This document shows positions 1-9,163 of a stretch of 64,000 bases of DNA, one piece after another. The DNA lies in contig CALOFW010000024.1 of the NCBI GenBank assembly GCA_942492715.1, positions 587 through 64,586 on the forward strand, given 5' to 3'. A model generated the notes under the pieces. It worked only from the letters and a program-made list of their open reading frames with translations, ran no database searches and was not told the DNA's origin. Source of the stretch: Ilumatobacteraceae bacterium. Lineage in GTDB: Bacteria > Actinomycetota > Acidimicrobiia > Acidimicrobiales > Ilumatobacteraceae. The first letter of the stretch is position 1, and each line of letters opens with the position of its first letter. The translations under genes were made by a program, and so were the position numbers.

Positions 1-555
1 GCTGCAAGAGGTCGCCGTCGGGCAGACGGTTCACCATCGCTTCCCAGGTCGTCGCCGGCCACCCATGCGCGGATTGTCTCGGGGCGTCGGACCGGGCGAA
101 GGTCGAACACAGGCGCGAGATCTTCTCCTGGCAAGCCGAGAGCCGGCTCGGGCTCGATTGTTCTGGACCGTCGGTAGTGCGAGGTACCGACCGAGCAACC
201 GCATCCACGGTTCCCGCACGTTGGCATCGATCGAGGCGATGATGTGGGCGACCAGGTCAGGCCCCTGCCAGGCAGGCCACCGATTCCGACAGTTCGGGAA
301 CGGTGAGCAGGACGTCACGCACGAGGCGGTAGGGCGACGGGAAATCGACGTTGGCGCAGATGCTGTCGCCCTACCCTCTGGTGCAGCGAAGATCCGGACG
401 CGATCCGCTGCGTCAGCCACCCACCGATACCCCTCGTCTGGACGGGCTACGACTTCATGAGCGAACGGACTGGCTGGAGCGGCGTGCGCCAACTGCTCAC
501 ACAGCAACGAAACGAGCGGGTCGGGATGAAGCGTGACGGGGACCAGAAGCGTCAT
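1..555 (-). pseudogene. recC: recC-like (exodeoxyribonuclease V gamma chain) 5' portion; runs off the left edge; frame broken at least twice
   Basis: From ATG at 555: MTLLVPVTLHPDPLVSLLCEQLAHAAPASPFAHEVVARPDEGYRWV..RVRIFAAPEG. Only another frame then gives DSICANVDFPSPYRLVRDVLLTVPE. The first frame resumes with GPDLVAHIIASIDANVREPWMRLLGRYL. The DPFxxExxxV..G..RW and G(I/V)CANxxFPxP pattern is typical of RecC N-termini. Confidence 0.5.
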
Positions 556-684
556 CTCTGCCTTGCGACATCGATAGTGGCATTCGAGCATCGCCCGAAC
601 GACGCGGATGTCCATCACGCCCAAGGAGAAGGACGATGCCAATCGAGCCGCCGTCGCGCGCCCCGGCCTCGCTGACCAGTGACG

Positions 685-1823
685 TCATCTGAGTGTTGCT
701 CTACTGATTTCCTCTCGCCCGTTCACGGCACGATCGTGGATCTGGTTCATGAGGGGGTGCCACGGTTCGAGGACGGCCTCTGCATCTTCGAGGAGCGCGG
801 TGAGTTCGGTTTCGACCCGGTCACGGCGCCGATGACGACGAGCACATCGAGGTGGGCGAGACGAGCTGCAACGTGGTCGATCGCTGCCTGCGTTGCGCCG
901 AGGGTACGCACCACGACCTCGAGATGGTGCGGCCCAGCACGCATCACCCATCGAGACGAGCGTCGACGCGGATCATCCGGTGAGTAACGAGCACTTGCGA
1001 CGTCTACCGAGAACTCGGACTCGATCAGCGAGGAGCGCCTCGAGGACTTCGAGCCCCTCTTCGAACAGGCCCTCGGCCGAGTTGGCACCCGCGAGTCGCC
1101 ATTGAGCGGTCAGAGTCGCCGGATGATCGTCACCGAGACGCACCCGCATCGTGTCGACGTAGCCCCAGAGCTGTTCGACCTCGACCTGACCCGGCGGCGG
1201 GTGGTGCAACCAGGCTGGTCCAGCTCGGTGAGCACATCGGCAACTCGAGCCCGAGCACGCTTCGCGCCGCCGAGGAAGGCCTCGCGGAGTGCGATTGCCA
1301 TGTCTCCTCGCCCAGCCAGCGTGGAGCCGCGCTGGCGTGACCGCGTTGAAGTGTTCCCTGATGTTCGGGCTGGGCGTTCTCGATCGTCGAGCAGACGCTC
1401 CGCCATCAGCAGTGCGCTTCCTCCGGCAAGCCGCTCCTCGACCGGATCGACCGAGCAGATTCTGCGGCCGACGAAGGTCTTGTGGGTCATCCGGCCCCAG
1501 ACGATCGTTGCGTCTACGGGCCACCTCACGAAGCACCATTCATCAAGGCGGCCTGCGTCAGCGCACGTCCGAGCAGACCCCGGAAGCCGAGCGCACTTTC
1601 GCTGTCGGGCCCTTCGAACGTGACGTACACGTCCACCAGGGTTTCGAGTTGTGCGACGGCTCGAGCGGGATCGCCATCGTCGATTTCGAGCTGCGCCAGG
1701 TCTGCACGCAGCTCCAGCAACTCGAGGTCGTCCGCCGGACGAGACCCTTCGAACGACCGCACCTTGCTCACGCAACTCGTTCAGGGCCGGCGGGATGTCT
1801 GCTGCCACGTGCTCATCCTCCAT
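685..1823 (-). pseudogene. TPR-repeat protein (TPR_10/12 type), segments spread over three frames
   Basis: Minus-strand pieces are LELLELRADLAQLEIDDGDPARAVAQLETLVDVYVTFEGPDSESALGFRGLLGRAL, RLGPDDPQDLRRPQNLLG and RLGDDHPATLTAQWRLAGANSAEGLFEEGLEVLEALLADRVRVLG. They carry the LGxDHPxTLxxxxNLA signature. No single frame carries them all. Confidence 0.45.
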
Positions 1824-1973
1824 TCATCTCCATCGGCACGACCGACATCGGCCATGAGAGGTCCGCGAAAGTGCGCCGGTCGAGTATCCCACCCATGGTT
1901 CTCCGACGGTGGGACGGCCCGAGTTTGACGGCGTCGGCGGGTTGCGCCCCGCACACGGGGCGCAGCCGGCCAA

Positions 1974-2332
1974 TTCACCGGAGAGGTACCGTAGGCAGGG
2001 TCGTCTCGGCGTAGTCCTCCTGCTTCCAGCGCCACTGGTCCATGACGTACATCGCGAACTCGTCTTCGCTGAGTTGGATGGTGTCGTCGATCGACATCTC
2101 CGCCATGGTGATGACCCGGTCGTAGTCGGCGGTGTGGTCTTGGGGCTCGGGGAGACCGATGTACTGGTCGGTCCGCGGCCCCGGCCTTCAGATCACTGAT
2201 CCGTTGCTGCAGTTCTCGTTGGAGGAGGCGCCGGTAGGCCTCCAGTGCTTCTTCGAACACCTCGCGGTGCCCGTCCCGGTTGGCGATGACCTTCGCGAGG
2301 AAGTCGTCGCGGTCGACGGTGACGTTTCTCAT
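1974..2332 (-). pseudogene. hypothetical protein, one apparent frameshift near 2170-2180
   Basis: ATG at 2332 is preceded by AAGGAGA. It reads MRNVTVDRDDFLAKVIANRDGHREVFEEALEAYRRLLQRELQQRISDLKAG. A second frame then gives DQYIGLPEPQDHTADYDRVITMAEMSIDDTIQLSEDEFAMYVMDQWRWKQEDYAETTLPTVPLR, ending at the stop at 1974-1976. Confidence 0.5.
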
Positions 2333-2380
2333 GGTGGTTCTCCTTGTGGTGTTGATGTCTGGGGTGGTGTTGGGCAGAGG

Positions 2381-2407
2381 GGTGAGGGGCCACGAAGGCC
2401 CCTCACC
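2381..2407 (-). terminator. GC-rich hairpin (11-bp stem, 5-nt loop) at the phosphatase stop codon
   Basis: GGTGAGGGGCC-ACGAA-GGCCCCTCACC. The TGA of the 2403..2984 frame lies at its foot. There is no U-tract, as is common in high-GC actinobacteria. Confidence 0.4.
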
Positions 2408-2984
2408 GATGGTTGTCGCTTCGGCGAGGCGGATCTCCTTGATGATCCGCACGACGTCGATGGGGTTGGCGTCGTACCACTCGTCCATGCGACGCCAGTT
2501 CTCCACCTGAGCTGTTCGGGCCACCCGACGCCGACGGTGGTGCCAGTCGAGGGCGTCGTCGGCGTAGCCGATGGCGGCGATGGGACGGGACGTGCGGATC
2601 GCCGTCATCGCCTCGATGGGGTCCCAGCCGAGGGCGAGCAGCGCTGCGAAGGTGAGCGAGGGGCCCCGGTTGATGCCCATGTGGCAGTGAACGAGAACCT
2701 TGTTGTCCGGCTCGGGATCCTGAGGGCACCGCAGGACGAACTCGGAACGCCGATGTCGAACCACTCGTCCGGCAGCGGCTCGCCGTTGTCGTCCACACCG
2801 TGGTGGAGGTACTCGATCGTGGGGCTGGTGATTCGGCGACGAAGTCCCCGTCGCTCCACTCGAAGCGGTTGTCGACCACGTGGCGGATCCCGAGCGCCTG
2901 ACCGAAGCGAGGGTCCGCAGGGCGTCGGCCCGGTTGGTCGGTGGTCCGCCGGTGGCCAGGTCGGGGATAACCGAGGTTCGTCAT
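2403..2984 (-). pseudogene. Cys-based (dual-specificity/tyrosine) protein phosphatase, readable only across three frames
   Basis: PTP loop VLVHCHMGINRGPS (HCx5R). Flanking plausible segments are VIPDLATGGPPTNRADALRTL, FGQALGIRHVVDNRFEWSDGDFVAE, ITSPTIEYLHHGVDDNGEPLPDEWFDIGV and SEFVLRCPQDPEPDNK..WDPIEAMTAIRTSRPIAAIGYADDAL. They sit in different frames. The ATG at 2984 and TGA at 2403 share one frame. Confidence 0.6.
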
Positions 2985-3083
2985 GATGACCTCGGTTCAA
3001 TTGGTCTGTCATGAAGGGAGTCATCGACGGCACGATTTCCTCATTCGCGTTCTGCGTCTGCCCACTCACCTACGCTCCCGGGC

Positions 3084-3757
3084 ATGCTGGATCCCTCGTC
3101 GGAAGCGGAGTTGCGCGAGTTCCACGTCGTCGCCGAACAGTCACCGCAGCAGGTCTCCTGCATCCTGGAGGTCAAAGAGAAGCTGCCGACTTCGCCGTCG
3201 CCGAACTCGTCGACAAGCTGGATCACGTCTCGACCGACACGGGTTATCGACGCTCCTGGGTCGCAACCGTCGCACGGAACCATGCCCGTCAGGTCGGCAA
3301 GAAGCTCCACCGCGACCTGGCGATGGGACGGGCCGGCAGCCTCCCCCCGCCGATGCACGACGAACTCGAGGACGAGCGCGTCGAGTTGCTGATCGGCGAG
3401 ATGCGCTCCGGCGGCGGCGTGGTCAGCCTCGGCTCGCTCGTCGCCGCCAAGGTCGACTTCGACCGCGCCTGGGCGCTGATCTCCGAGCAGGATCAGCGAC
3501 TGCTCGACCTCAAGTACACCCAGGGCATGTCGTCCAAGGAGATCGCCGAGCTGCTCGGCAAGAAGCCGGGCACGATCGACAACCAACTCACCGCCGCCAA
3601 GAAGGCCGCCGTCCTGCTGTTCGCCGACCTCCAAGGTGTCTTCGATCAGGACGACTTCGGCGACACAACCAGCCGAAGGATCTGGAGGGCGACGACTTCC
3701 CCCTGCAGCCCCGAGCCTCGAACGACGCGGCAGTCGAATGCGCACGGCAGTACCTAG
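3084..3757 (+). CDS. ECF-type RNA polymerase sigma-70 family factor (probable frameshift near 3170-3185)
   Basis: Region 2-like EAADFAVAELVDKL..YRRSWVATVARNHARQVGKK. Region 4 HTH LLDLKYTQGMSSKEIAELLGKKPGTIDNQLTAAKKAAV. The likely N-terminus MLDPSSEAELREFHVVAEQ (ATG 3084) is in a different frame from the body (frame of ORF 3011..3757). Confidence 0.6.
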
Positions 3758-3981
3758 GTGCGTGCCACTCCGCCACGGGCTGATCGCGACATCAGAGGAC
3801 ACGAGCCTGGCGGATCGCGCGGTCGGACCGTCCTCGGAAAACTGGCTCGCCGGAGCCCGCGGTATCGTGGGAGTTCTCATCCAGAGGACTCGAGGGGCCT
3901 GGCCCGCTGACAGTCCGCCAACCTGCCGGAAGGCAAGGTGGCAACGCCAGGTGCGATGAAGAAGGACAGACATGTCGACCG

Positions 3982-4626
3982 ATGTTGACGTTTCCTAGCA
4001 TTACCGTGAGCACGCTCGAGGAGTGCAAGCTCCTGCTGCACTACGGGCACGTCATCCCGATCTGCCACGGCTACACAGCGACCTTCGTGGCGGAGAACTA
4101 CCCGGGGTGGACGTGGAACGAACTCGTGCAGGTGTTCGTCGCTGCCGGCATCTTCGTGAACCGCGGTGGAGCCCCGGCGACGTGCGACGACCGCGTCGTG
4201 ACATTCCACTTCTCCAGCCCGACCGAGTTCTACGTCGAGTGGATCGATCGGGGACGGCGCCTTCGTCGCGATTGGAGGAGTGGACGGATTTCGTCGCGAG
4301 GAGGGTTTGGGGGCAACGAGGTCACCTACGCTTCGATCATGGCGACGGTGAAGCAAGTCGAACGCCGGATCGAGAAGATCGAGGGATTCCGAGTCCAGAT
4401 CCTGCACGGACGCGACCGACGCGACGTACGCAGCGACAAGGGCGGCGTGACCCAGTACCCCTACGAACGGGCGCTCAAGGGATCGAACCATGTCAAAGCG
4501 TGGCGTGACCACCGATTCGCCAAGCACTACCCCGGCTTCGAGGTGCAGGTGCTCAACGCATCAGGTCACGTCGCACACGGCGGCACGCTGTTGACGACGG
4601 TTCGCGACACGTACCTCGACGACTGA
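3982..4626 (+). CDS. hypothetical protein (no family recognised)
   Basis: 214-aa ORF with ordered-looking N- and C-terminal halves. The central Arg/Gly-rich linker may hide compensating indels. The 5' end is locally GC-poorer. Confidence 0.5.
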   Translation: MLTFPSITVSTLEECKLLLHYGHVIPICHGYTATFVAENYPGWTWNELVQVFVAAGIFVNRGGAPATCDDRVVTFHFSSPTEFYVEWIDRGRRLRRDWRSGRISSRGGFGGNEVTYASIMATVKQVERRIEKIEGFRVQILHGRDRRDVRSDKGGVTQYPYERALKGSNHVKAWRDHRFAKHYPGFEVQVLNASGHVAHGGTLLTTVRDTYLDD

Positions 4627-4886
4627 TCTGCGACGTCCGTCCGTGTTGGCGGGTGCAGGACCTGACCCGTCCGCGAACTGTGTTGCACCGATGAGGCAGC
4701 ATGGGGAGATGACTTCGTCTGCGAGCCCCAAGGAGCGCCCGGAGCGGTCCCTGGCCGAATTCTTCGCGGACATCGAGGACGGCACCGGGCCGAGCCTGAC
4801 GCCCGACGACCATCGAGCGCTGGTCGCCGCAGTGAGGCCCGCCGGACGATGCAGGACGCACCGTTGCCCTCGTGGGGCGACGATGG

Positions 4887-4892
4887 CATGAT
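4887..4892 (+). promoter_or_regulatory. candidate -10 hexamer CATGAT 6 nt upstream of the antitoxin ATG (leaderless arrangement)
   Basis: TGGCATGATCGTGGCATGG: -10-like hexamer, no SD, ATG at 4899. TGGCATG is directly repeated at 4884-4890 and 4895-4901. Confidence 0.35.
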
Positions 4893-4898
4893 CGTGGC

Positions 4899-5135
4899 AT
4901 GGCTCGGGCACGGATCAGCACCACGGTCGACGCGGCGCTCCTCGACAACGCACGACGGTCACGCGCATCGATCACCGACGCAGAACTCATCGACGAGGCG
5001 CTGACCGCACTGCTCGCCCGCGATCGCGCCGCTGAGATCGATGCCGCCTACGCGACCGCCTATGCCGAGCATCCACTCGACGAACCCGACGAATGGGGAG
5101 ATCTGGCGTCGTTCCGCGAAGCCGCCGGCCGATGA
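4899..5135 (+). CDS. type II antitoxin, ribbon-helix-helix/MazE-like
   Basis: [39 protein letters not shown]. The stop overlaps the toxin start (ATGA at 5132-5135). Confidence 0.7.
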   Translation: MARARISTTVDAALLDNARRSRASITDAELIDEALTALLARDRAAEIDAAYATAYAEHPLDEPDEWGDLASFREAAGR

Positions 5136-5458
5136 ATGATCTGCCCCTCCGAGGTGAGCTCTGGTGGTGCGAACCACCCGAGATCGGCCGTCGGCCTGTC
5201 GTGGTGCTCTCGCGTGATGCGGCCATTCCGCGGCTGCGCCGGGTGCTCATCGCACCGTGCACGACCACCATCCGCGGCTTGGCGAGCGAAGTCGTGCTCG
5301 AACCCGGAGACGACCCGGTGCCACGCCAGAGCGCCGTCAACCTCGACTCGGTCGAGTCCGTTTCGGTCGGCCTGCTCGTCGAACGCCTCGGTCGCCTCAG
5401 CGACGCACGCATGCGGGAGATCTGCGCTGCGCTCGCAGTCGCAGCCGACTGCCGATGA
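5132..5458 (+). CDS. mazF: type II toxin, PemK/MazF family endoribonuclease
   Basis: [44 protein letters not shown]. This is the typical MazF N-terminal G(D/E)(I/L/V)W(W/L) and RRPV motif. Confidence 0.85.
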   Translation: MNDLPLRGELWWCEPPEIGRRPVVVLSRDAAIPRLRRVLIAPCTTTIRGLASEVVLEPGDDPVPRQSAVNLDSVESVSVGLLVERLGRLSDARMREICAALAVAADCR

Positions 5459-5589
5459 GGTCTCGACCACGAGACGTTCCGTGAACCATCGCGTGTCGCT
5501 TGCCAGCGAGACGGCCGCGCTTCAGCGGGCCCGCAGGGTCCGCGCCACGACGACCGGCGTGGCCATCACCCCCATGTGAAGATGACGCC

Positions 5590-6606
5590 ATGGAGCGAGA
5601 GATCTGCGGGCCGGTCGATCTGTGTGATCAGCGTGGGCGCCTGAATCCCGACGCTCGCGGCTGGTCACGTCAGCCTGCACTCCGAGCGAATCTGAGCCGG
5701 GCGTACGGGCGCAAGAAGCGTTGGGACTACTGGTGTGTGATCGCCCCTGACGTCATCGTGTCGTTCGTGTACGCCGACATCGACTACGCCGGGCTGTCGA
5801 GCGTGTGGATCCTCGACCGCACCGACTGGGCGCAAGCCGACGCCGGGACGCTCGTGCCGTTCGGCCGGGGCTTCTCGCTTCCCGAGCAGGTGTGTACGGG
5901 GACGGTCGCCGCGTCTCGGAACGGGTTCGAGCTCGCGATCGAGGAGCGCTCCGACGCCACCCGGCTCAGGGCATCGGCGCCGTCATCTCGGCTCGGTGCG
6001 ATCGATGTCGACATCTCCGTGGCGAAGCCGCCGGGTCACGAGTCACTCAACGTCGTGATCCCGTGGAGCGACCGGCGCTTCCAGTTCACGTCGAAGCAGA
6101 ACACGCGGCCCGCGTCGGGATCGATCCGCGCGGGCGAGCGGAGCTGGGAGATCGGCGACACGCCGGCGTGGGGGGTCCAGGATCTGGGTCGCGGAGTCTG
6201 GCCGTACTCGAACCGGTGGAACTGGGCGGCGGCGTCGGGTGTGGCGGGCGACGGTCGAACGATCGGACTCCAGTTCGGTGGCAAGTGGACCGAAGGCACC
6301 GGCTACACGGAGAACGCGCTGTGCATCGACGGGCGGCTCACCAAGATCCACGAGGAACTCGAGTGGACGTACGACTGGGACGAGCCGATGCGACCCTGGC
6401 GGGTGCGCACTCCAGGGTCGACGCAGGTCGACGTCGAACTCACGCCGTTCTTCGACCGATACGACTCGACCGACCTCAAGGCGCTGAAGATGGAGGTGCA
6501 CCAGTGTTTCGGCACCTGGGCCGGCACCGTCTGCGGCGACGATGGTGTGCCTGCGACGCTCGAGGGGATCGACGGCTTCGCCGAGGAGGCCCGCAACCGC
6601 TGGTGA
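5590..6606 (+). CDS. DUF2804-family protein
   Basis: MEREICGPVDLCDQRGRLNPDARGWSRQP..GRKKRWDYWCV..PWSDRRFQFTSKQN..PYSNRWNWAAASG. Family assignment is from memory of the DUF2804 pattern. Confidence 0.7.
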   Translation: MEREICGPVDLCDQRGRLNPDARGWSRQPALRANLSRAYGRKKRWDYWCVIAPDVIVSFVYADIDYAGLSSVWILDRTDWAQADAGTLVPFGRGFSLPEQVCTGTVAASRNGFELAIEERSDATRLRASAPSSRLGAIDVDISVAKPPGHESLNVVIPWSDRRFQFTSKQNTRPASGSIRAGERSWEIGDTPAWGVQDLGRGVWPYSNRWNWAAASGVAGDGRTIGLQFGGKWTEGTGYTENALCIDGRLTKIHEELEWTYDWDEPMRPWRVRTPGSTQVDVELTPFFDRYDSTDLKALKMEVHQCFGTWAGTVCGDDGVPATLEGIDGFAEEARNRW

Positions 6607-6687
6607 CCGATGCGCGTCGCCGCGCCAAACGCCATCGGTGCGCGCTCGACCAGCCGGGCACACCGTGCCGTGCTGCAGACTGTCGTG

Positions 6688-7806
6688 ATGCCTGATGTCG
6701 TCGTGATCGGTGCGGGAATGGCCGGGGCGGCCACCACGTGGGCACTGGCTCGCAGAGGCAGGTCGGTGTTGCTCGTCGACCGCTTCACTCGCGGTCACGA
6801 TCGCGGCTCGTCGCACGGGGCCGAACGCATCTTCCGATTCGGGTACACCGACCCGGCCTACGTGACCCTGGCACAGGAATCCTTGGCCGGGTGGCATCGA
6901 CTGCAGGCGGGTGCCGGGCAACCCCTGCTCGACGCGAACGGGGTCGTCGATCACGGCGACGACGCCGAACTCGCTGCGGTGGAATCGGCGTGTGCTGCGG
7001 AGGGAGTGCGCACCGAGATGATGACCCCGCAGGAGGCAGCGGCGCGATGGCCAGGGTTGCGATTCGACGGGCCGGTGCTCCATCAGCCCGACGGCGGCCG
7101 GGTGCGCTCAGATCTCACACTCGAGGCCTGCTGGGACCAAGCGGTCGACGCCGGCGCGGAGATTCGCTTCGACGCACCGGTGCGCGCGGTCCGGCGGACG
7201 GGCTCCGGAGTGGCGGTGACCATCGGCGACGACGTCGTGACGGCCCGCGTCGCCGTGGTCGCCGCCGCAGGCTGGTCGAGCGAGCTGCTGGAACCGGACG
7301 TCGCTGCCACGTTGGTGCCGCCCATCACGGTGACCGCGGAGACGGTGGCGTTCTTCCAACCGACTCGCGGGCCGTGGCCGAGCTTCGTCCAGCGCGGTGA
7401 CATGTTGGCGTACGGGCTCGGCACCCCGGATGGGCTCGTCAAGGCCGGCCTGCACGGCGTCGGGCCGGAGATCGATCCGGACGATCGCCCGTCGCAGGTT
7501 CCAGGCGCCGTCGAGGCGCTCGAGGAGTACGCCCGCGAGTGGCTGCCCGGCGTCGAACCCACGGCGTTGCGGAGCACCGTGTGCCTGTACGCGTCGAGCG
7601 CCACCGACGACTTCGTGCTCGATCGCGACGGCCCCATCGTGGTCGGCGTCGGCTTCGGTGGTCACGGCTTCAAGTTCACCCCGGCGATCGGTGAACGTCT
7701 CGCCGACCTGGCAGACGAAGCGCTCGGCCTTCGCCCGGCCGGCCCGCGTCTCTTCACCGCCGCCCGCGCCGCTGGGACCACCGGACAGCCACACTCCTGG
7801 CGGTGA
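6688..7806 (+). CDS. FAD-dependent oxidoreductase, monomeric sarcosine oxidase / N-methyltryptophan oxidase-like
   Basis: MPDVVVIGAGMAGAATTWALARRG (GxGxxG). RGSSHGAERIFRFGY. C-terminal GFGGHGFKFTPAIGE. Confidence 0.8.
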   Translation: MPDVVVIGAGMAGAATTWALARRGRSVLLVDRFTRGHDRGSSHGAERIFRFGYTDPAYVTLAQESLAGWHRLQAGAGQPLLDANGVVDHGDDAELAAVESACAAEGVRTEMMTPQEAAARWPGLRFDGPVLHQPDGGRVRSDLTLEACWDQAVDAGAEIRFDAPVRAVRRTGSGVAVTIGDDVVTARVAVVAAAGWSSELLEPDVAATLVPPITVTAETVAFFQPTRGPWPSFVQRGDMLAYGLGTPDGLVKAGLHGVGPEIDPDDRPSQVPGAVEALEEYAREWLPGVEPTALRSTVCLYASSATDDFVLDRDGPIVVGVGFGGHGFKFTPAIGERLADLADEALGLRPAGPRLFTAARAAGTTGQPHSWR

Positions 7807-8007
7807 CATCGGCCTGACAAACGCGCGCTCGCCGGTTCCGTTCTCCAGCCACTCGATCAGTTGCGGTTCACCCGCGGCCGACGACGCCACACACTTCGCC
7901 GTCGTGCTCCGCCGGCCGGCGCTCGAACCCTGTGACACCCGCGTGCGCACACTCGCACGACCGACTCCCTCCTCGCACACCGTCACATCACGATCCGAGG
8001 AGTCACC

Positions 8008-8184
8008 ATGCGCCGCCATCACCGACCGATCCCCTTCCCCGGGCCGATCCCGCCCGGGATGATGCGCATCAGCGCCGACATCCCCATCGAGAAGTGGGAG
8101 GAACTCCAGCAGGCGAGTCGACGCCGCGGCGTCCACGTCGATCACCTCATCCTCGCCGCACTCGACTTCGCGGCCACGGCATGA
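8008..8184 (+). CDS. small ribbon-helix-helix-like protein (58 aa, below the ORF-track cutoff)
   Basis: GAGGAG lies 5 nt upstream of ATG 8008. Sequence: MRRHHRPIPFPGPIPPGMMRISADIPIEKWEELQQASRRRGVHVDHLILAALDFAATA. The strand-helix-helix pattern resembles MazE-like 25155..25361. Confidence 0.45.
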   Translation: MRRHHRPIPFPGPIPPGMMRISADIPIEKWEELQQASRRRGVHVDHLILAALDFAATA

Positions 8185-8246
8185 GCGCATCCCGAAGGCC
8201 ACCGATCGGACAGCCGCCGCCGTGCATCCCGTTCTGCATGACATCT

Positions 8247-8255
8247 TGTTATGCT
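8247..8255 (+). promoter_or_regulatory. extended -10 (TGTTATGCT) 6 nt upstream of the antitoxin GTG (leaderless arrangement)
   Basis: CTTGTTATGCTGATCTGGTG: no SD, in-frame GTG at 8262. Confidence 0.4.
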
Positions 8256-8261
8256 GATCTG

Positions 8262-8510
8262 GTGCCGCAGCTGGTGACCCGCATCGACGACGAGACCGCC
8301 GCAGCCATCGATGCGCTCGTCGACGCGGGCGACTTCGCATCTCGCTCCGACGTCGTGCGCGCCGGTGTGCTCCGGCTGATCGAGGAGCGACGACGACAGG
8401 CGATCGGCGACCAGATCGTCGCCGGCTACCAGCGGACCCCCGAGACCGCCGAGGAACTCGCCGCCGCCGAGGCGAACGCCCGAGCGATGATCGCCGACGA
8501 GCCGTGGTGA
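8262..8510 (+). CDS. type II antitoxin, ribbon-helix-helix (CopG-like)
   Basis: VPQLVTRIDDETAAAIDALVDAGDFASRSDVVRAGVLRLIEE. It overlaps the toxin start by 7 nt. Confidence 0.7.
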   Translation: MPQLVTRIDDETAAAIDALVDAGDFASRSDVVRAGVLRLIEERRRQAIGDQIVAGYQRTPETAEELAAAEANARAMIADEPW

Positions 8511-8821
8511 CCACTCGGCCCCGTCAGGGTGACATCTGGTGGGCCGAAGCCGAGGACAAGCGTCGGCCGGTGCTGATCGTCAGTCGCGACGTCGCCGCCG
8601 CACACCTCAACCGGGTCGTCGTCGCTCCGGTCACCCGCACCGTTCGGTCGATCCCCACCGAGATCGCGCTCGGCACGGATGAAGGTCTCGACGTCGAGTG
8701 CGCCGCATCGTTCGACAACCTCGGCCCCCAGCCCGTCTCGATGCTCACACGACGCATCGGACGTCTGCACGATGCGCGCAGCCGGATCTGCCACGCACTC
8801 GCCGCACTCGCCGACTGCTGA
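8504..8821 (+). CDS. mazF: type II toxin, PemK/MazF family
   Basis: VTTRPRQGDIWWAEAEDKRRPVLIVSRD..VAPVTRTVRSIPTEI. Confidence 0.85.
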   Translation: MVTTRPRQGDIWWAEAEDKRRPVLIVSRDVAAAHLNRVVVAPVTRTVRSIPTEIALGTDEGLDVECAASFDNLGPQPVSMLTRRIGRLHDARSRICHALAALADC

Positions 8822-8880
8822 CACAGCCTGGACAGCGATGTGATCTCCACAGAGGGGACAGGTCGACATCCTCGGCGATG

Positions 8881-8911
8881 TGGTCACATCACCGGCTACT
8901 GTGGTCACATG
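8881..8911 (+). promoter_or_regulatory. candidate operator/promoter: direct repeat TGGTCACAT x2 flanking a -10-like TACTGT, ending at the antitoxin ATG
   Basis: TGGTCACAT at 8881-8889 and 8902-8910. TACTGT at 8897-8902. ATG at 8909. No SD. Confidence 0.3.
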
Positions 8912-9163
8912 GAGGTCGGGATCAGAGAGCTCAAGGCGAAGTTGTCGGAGCACCTGCAACGAGTCGACGAGGGGGAGACGATCATCGTGACCGACCGCGG
9001 CCGGCCGGTGGCACGCCTCGTTCCGTACGACACGTCGTCGGCGGTCGAGCGCGGCATCGCGGAAGGATGGATCGAACCCGCTCGCCGAACCGGTCTCGGC
9101 CACGCCGAACGCCACCGTTCGACGCAGTCGGTCGTCGAGGTTCTGGACGCCGACCGGTCGTGA
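8909..9163 (+). CDS. type II antitoxin, Phd/YefM-type (partner of VapC)
   Basis: MEVGIRELKAKLSEHLQRVDEGETIIVTDRGRPVARLVPY. Confidence 0.75.
   Translation: MEVGIRELKAKLSEHLQRVDEGETIIVTDRGRPVARLVPYDTSSAVERGIAEGWIEPARRTGLGHAERHRSTQSVVEVLDADRS

Noticed and set aside
3973-4008. Possible leaderless promoter inside the start of ORF 3982..4626 (TAGCAT at 3996-4001, in-frame GTG at 4006).
   Set aside because: Spacing from the hexamer to the GTG is only 4 nt, and the best -35 candidate is weak. This is not enough to move the start codon.
7108-8514. Very long ORFs rich in Arg/Pro/Gly/Ala. Examples: 7108..8514 (-), 21246..23717 (+), 35100..38087 (+), 38021..40759 (-), 41143..43428 (-), 44424..46505 (-) and 50400..51395 (+, the upstream part of the EF-G ORF).
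   Set aside because: They run antisense to, or out of frame with, genes that have clear family signatures. They have the low-complexity composition typical of shadow ORFs in high-GC DNA, where stop codons are rare in every frame.
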